A stretch of DNA of 64,000 nt from an uncultured Acidimicrobiaceae bacterium (GTDB lineage: Bacteria > Actinomycetota > Acidimicrobiia > Acidimicrobiales > RAAP-2): positions 453,272 through 517,271 of the forward strand of contig CAVVPG010000002.1 of the NCBI GenBank assembly GCA_963750075.1. Reading direction: 5' to 3'. Every line of letters begins with the position of its first letter. The first letter of the stretch is position 1. A model generated the notes under the pieces. It was given only the letters and a program-made list of their open reading frames with translations, did no database searches and was not told the DNA's origin. The translations under genes and the position numbers were made by a program. Below, one piece after another: positions 63,153 through 64,000 of this stretch.

Positions 63153-64000
63153 AGGTGACCCGCCGCTCGAGCAGTCGAATCTGCACCAGGGTGAAGATCA
63201 GGGTGATGACGAACAGCGCCACGGTCATTACAGCGGCGCGACCCTGGTTGTTCTGGTTGAAGACCTGGTCATAGATCGCGTAGACGAGCACATTGGTGTG
63301 CTGCAACGGGCCACCAGCTGTCAGGATGTCGATCTGCCCGAACGCCTCGAGGGACAGGATGGTGCCGACGACGATGGCGAAGAAGAGCGTCGGGGAGAGC
63401 ATCGGCAGGATCACGTGACGCATCCGCGTCCATGCACCCGCACCGTCCACTCGTGACGCTTCGAGGAGATCATCGGGCACGGCCTGCAAGCCGGCGGACA
63501 TCACGATGAAGGACAGCCCGAGGTTCTGCCAGATGGTGACGGCAGAAACGGCCAGGAGCGCCCACTTGGGGTCGTCGAGCACCGAGAGCTGGCCCGTGCG
63601 ACCGAACCAATAGCTGAAGAGTCCGATCTGGGGGTTGAGCAGGGTGAAGAAGATCACCGAGGCCACCGCGACAGACGTGGCCACGGTGGACGAGAAGACG
63701 GTCCGGAAAAACCGTATGCCGGACAGCTGCTGATGGGCCAGCACGGCCAGCATCAGGCCGAGGATCAAGCCGGCGGGAACCGTGTAAAGGACGAACAGGA
63801 GCGTCACCCAGAGGCTGTTGAGGAAGTCATGCGAGCCCAGCACCTGCTGTATCTGCGAGAACCCGACATAGTGATTGGGCTCACCGGGGAAGGGCGGAGT
63901 GAGGTAGAAGGACAGGTAGATCTGTCTGAGCAGTGGATAGAAGACGAAGACGCCGAAGATCACGAGGGACGGGAGCAGAAGTCCGAGCGCGAGCGCGACC
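63142..64000 (-). CDS. Carbohydrate ABC transporter permease (MalF-like); N-terminus runs off the window
   Basis: EAA-loop EASRVDGAGAWTRMRHVILPMLSPTL. The frame stays open upstream of the listed ATG at 63963 (VALALGLLLPSLVIFGV...), so the gene probably starts beyond 64000. Confidence 0.8.
   Translation of the reverse strand, partial: VALALGLLLPSLVIFGVFVFYPLLRQIYLSFYLTPPFPGEPNHYVGFSQIQQVLGSHDFLNSLWVTLLFVLYTVPAGLILGLMLAVLAHQQLSGIRFFRTVFSSTVATSVAVASVIFFTLLNPQIGLFSYWFGRTGQLSVLDDPKWALLAVSAVTIWQNLGLSFIVMSAGLQAVPDDLLEASRVDGAGAWTRMRHVILPMLSPTLFFAIVVGTILSLEAFGQIDILTAGGPLQHTNVLVYAIYDQVFNQNNQGRAAVMTVALFVITLIFTLVQIRLLERRVTYER

Overview
High-GC, densely coding, actinobacterial-type chromosomal segment. 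The lineage call is an inference from gene content: F420/LLM oxidoreductase, WS/DGAT, LmbE-like deacetylase, several cytochrome P450s, and many TetR regulators. All product calls come from reading the supplied translations (plus my own translations) against family motifs I know; nothing was searched.

Layout:
- 1-19.4 kb: housekeeping and accessory metabolism. This includes a LivHM-type permease, an acyl-CoA ligase, a PadR-flanked deacetylase/dioxygenase/LLM cluster, two DrrAB-type ABC-2 exporters, a LipJ-like hydrolase-cyclase, an amidase, a PPGK-like kinase and a P450.
- 19.5-37.5 kb: the main structural signal. An intact tRNA-Arg(ACG) is followed by three further exact copies of its 3' 42-43 nt. 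These copies delimit three tandem integrative-island segments with different cargo: a wax-ester/TAG lipid module plus a fresh ISL3 insertion; a sulfotransferase/alkylsulfatase-like module; and an integrase with a hemerythrin-MarR-VOC operon and an unusual secreted Cys-repeat protein.
- 37.5-64 kb: an integrase relic, then a P450/TetR-rich accessory region, a GGDEF sensor, decayed beta-oxidation genes, an antiporter and a sugar ABC importer.

Caveat: at least eight otherwise conserved genes are broken by single-nucleotide frame shifts. Several of these sit in homopolymer runs, so they may be assembly errors rather than real pseudogenes. I saw no CRISPR array, no rRNA and no recognisable canonical defence system.
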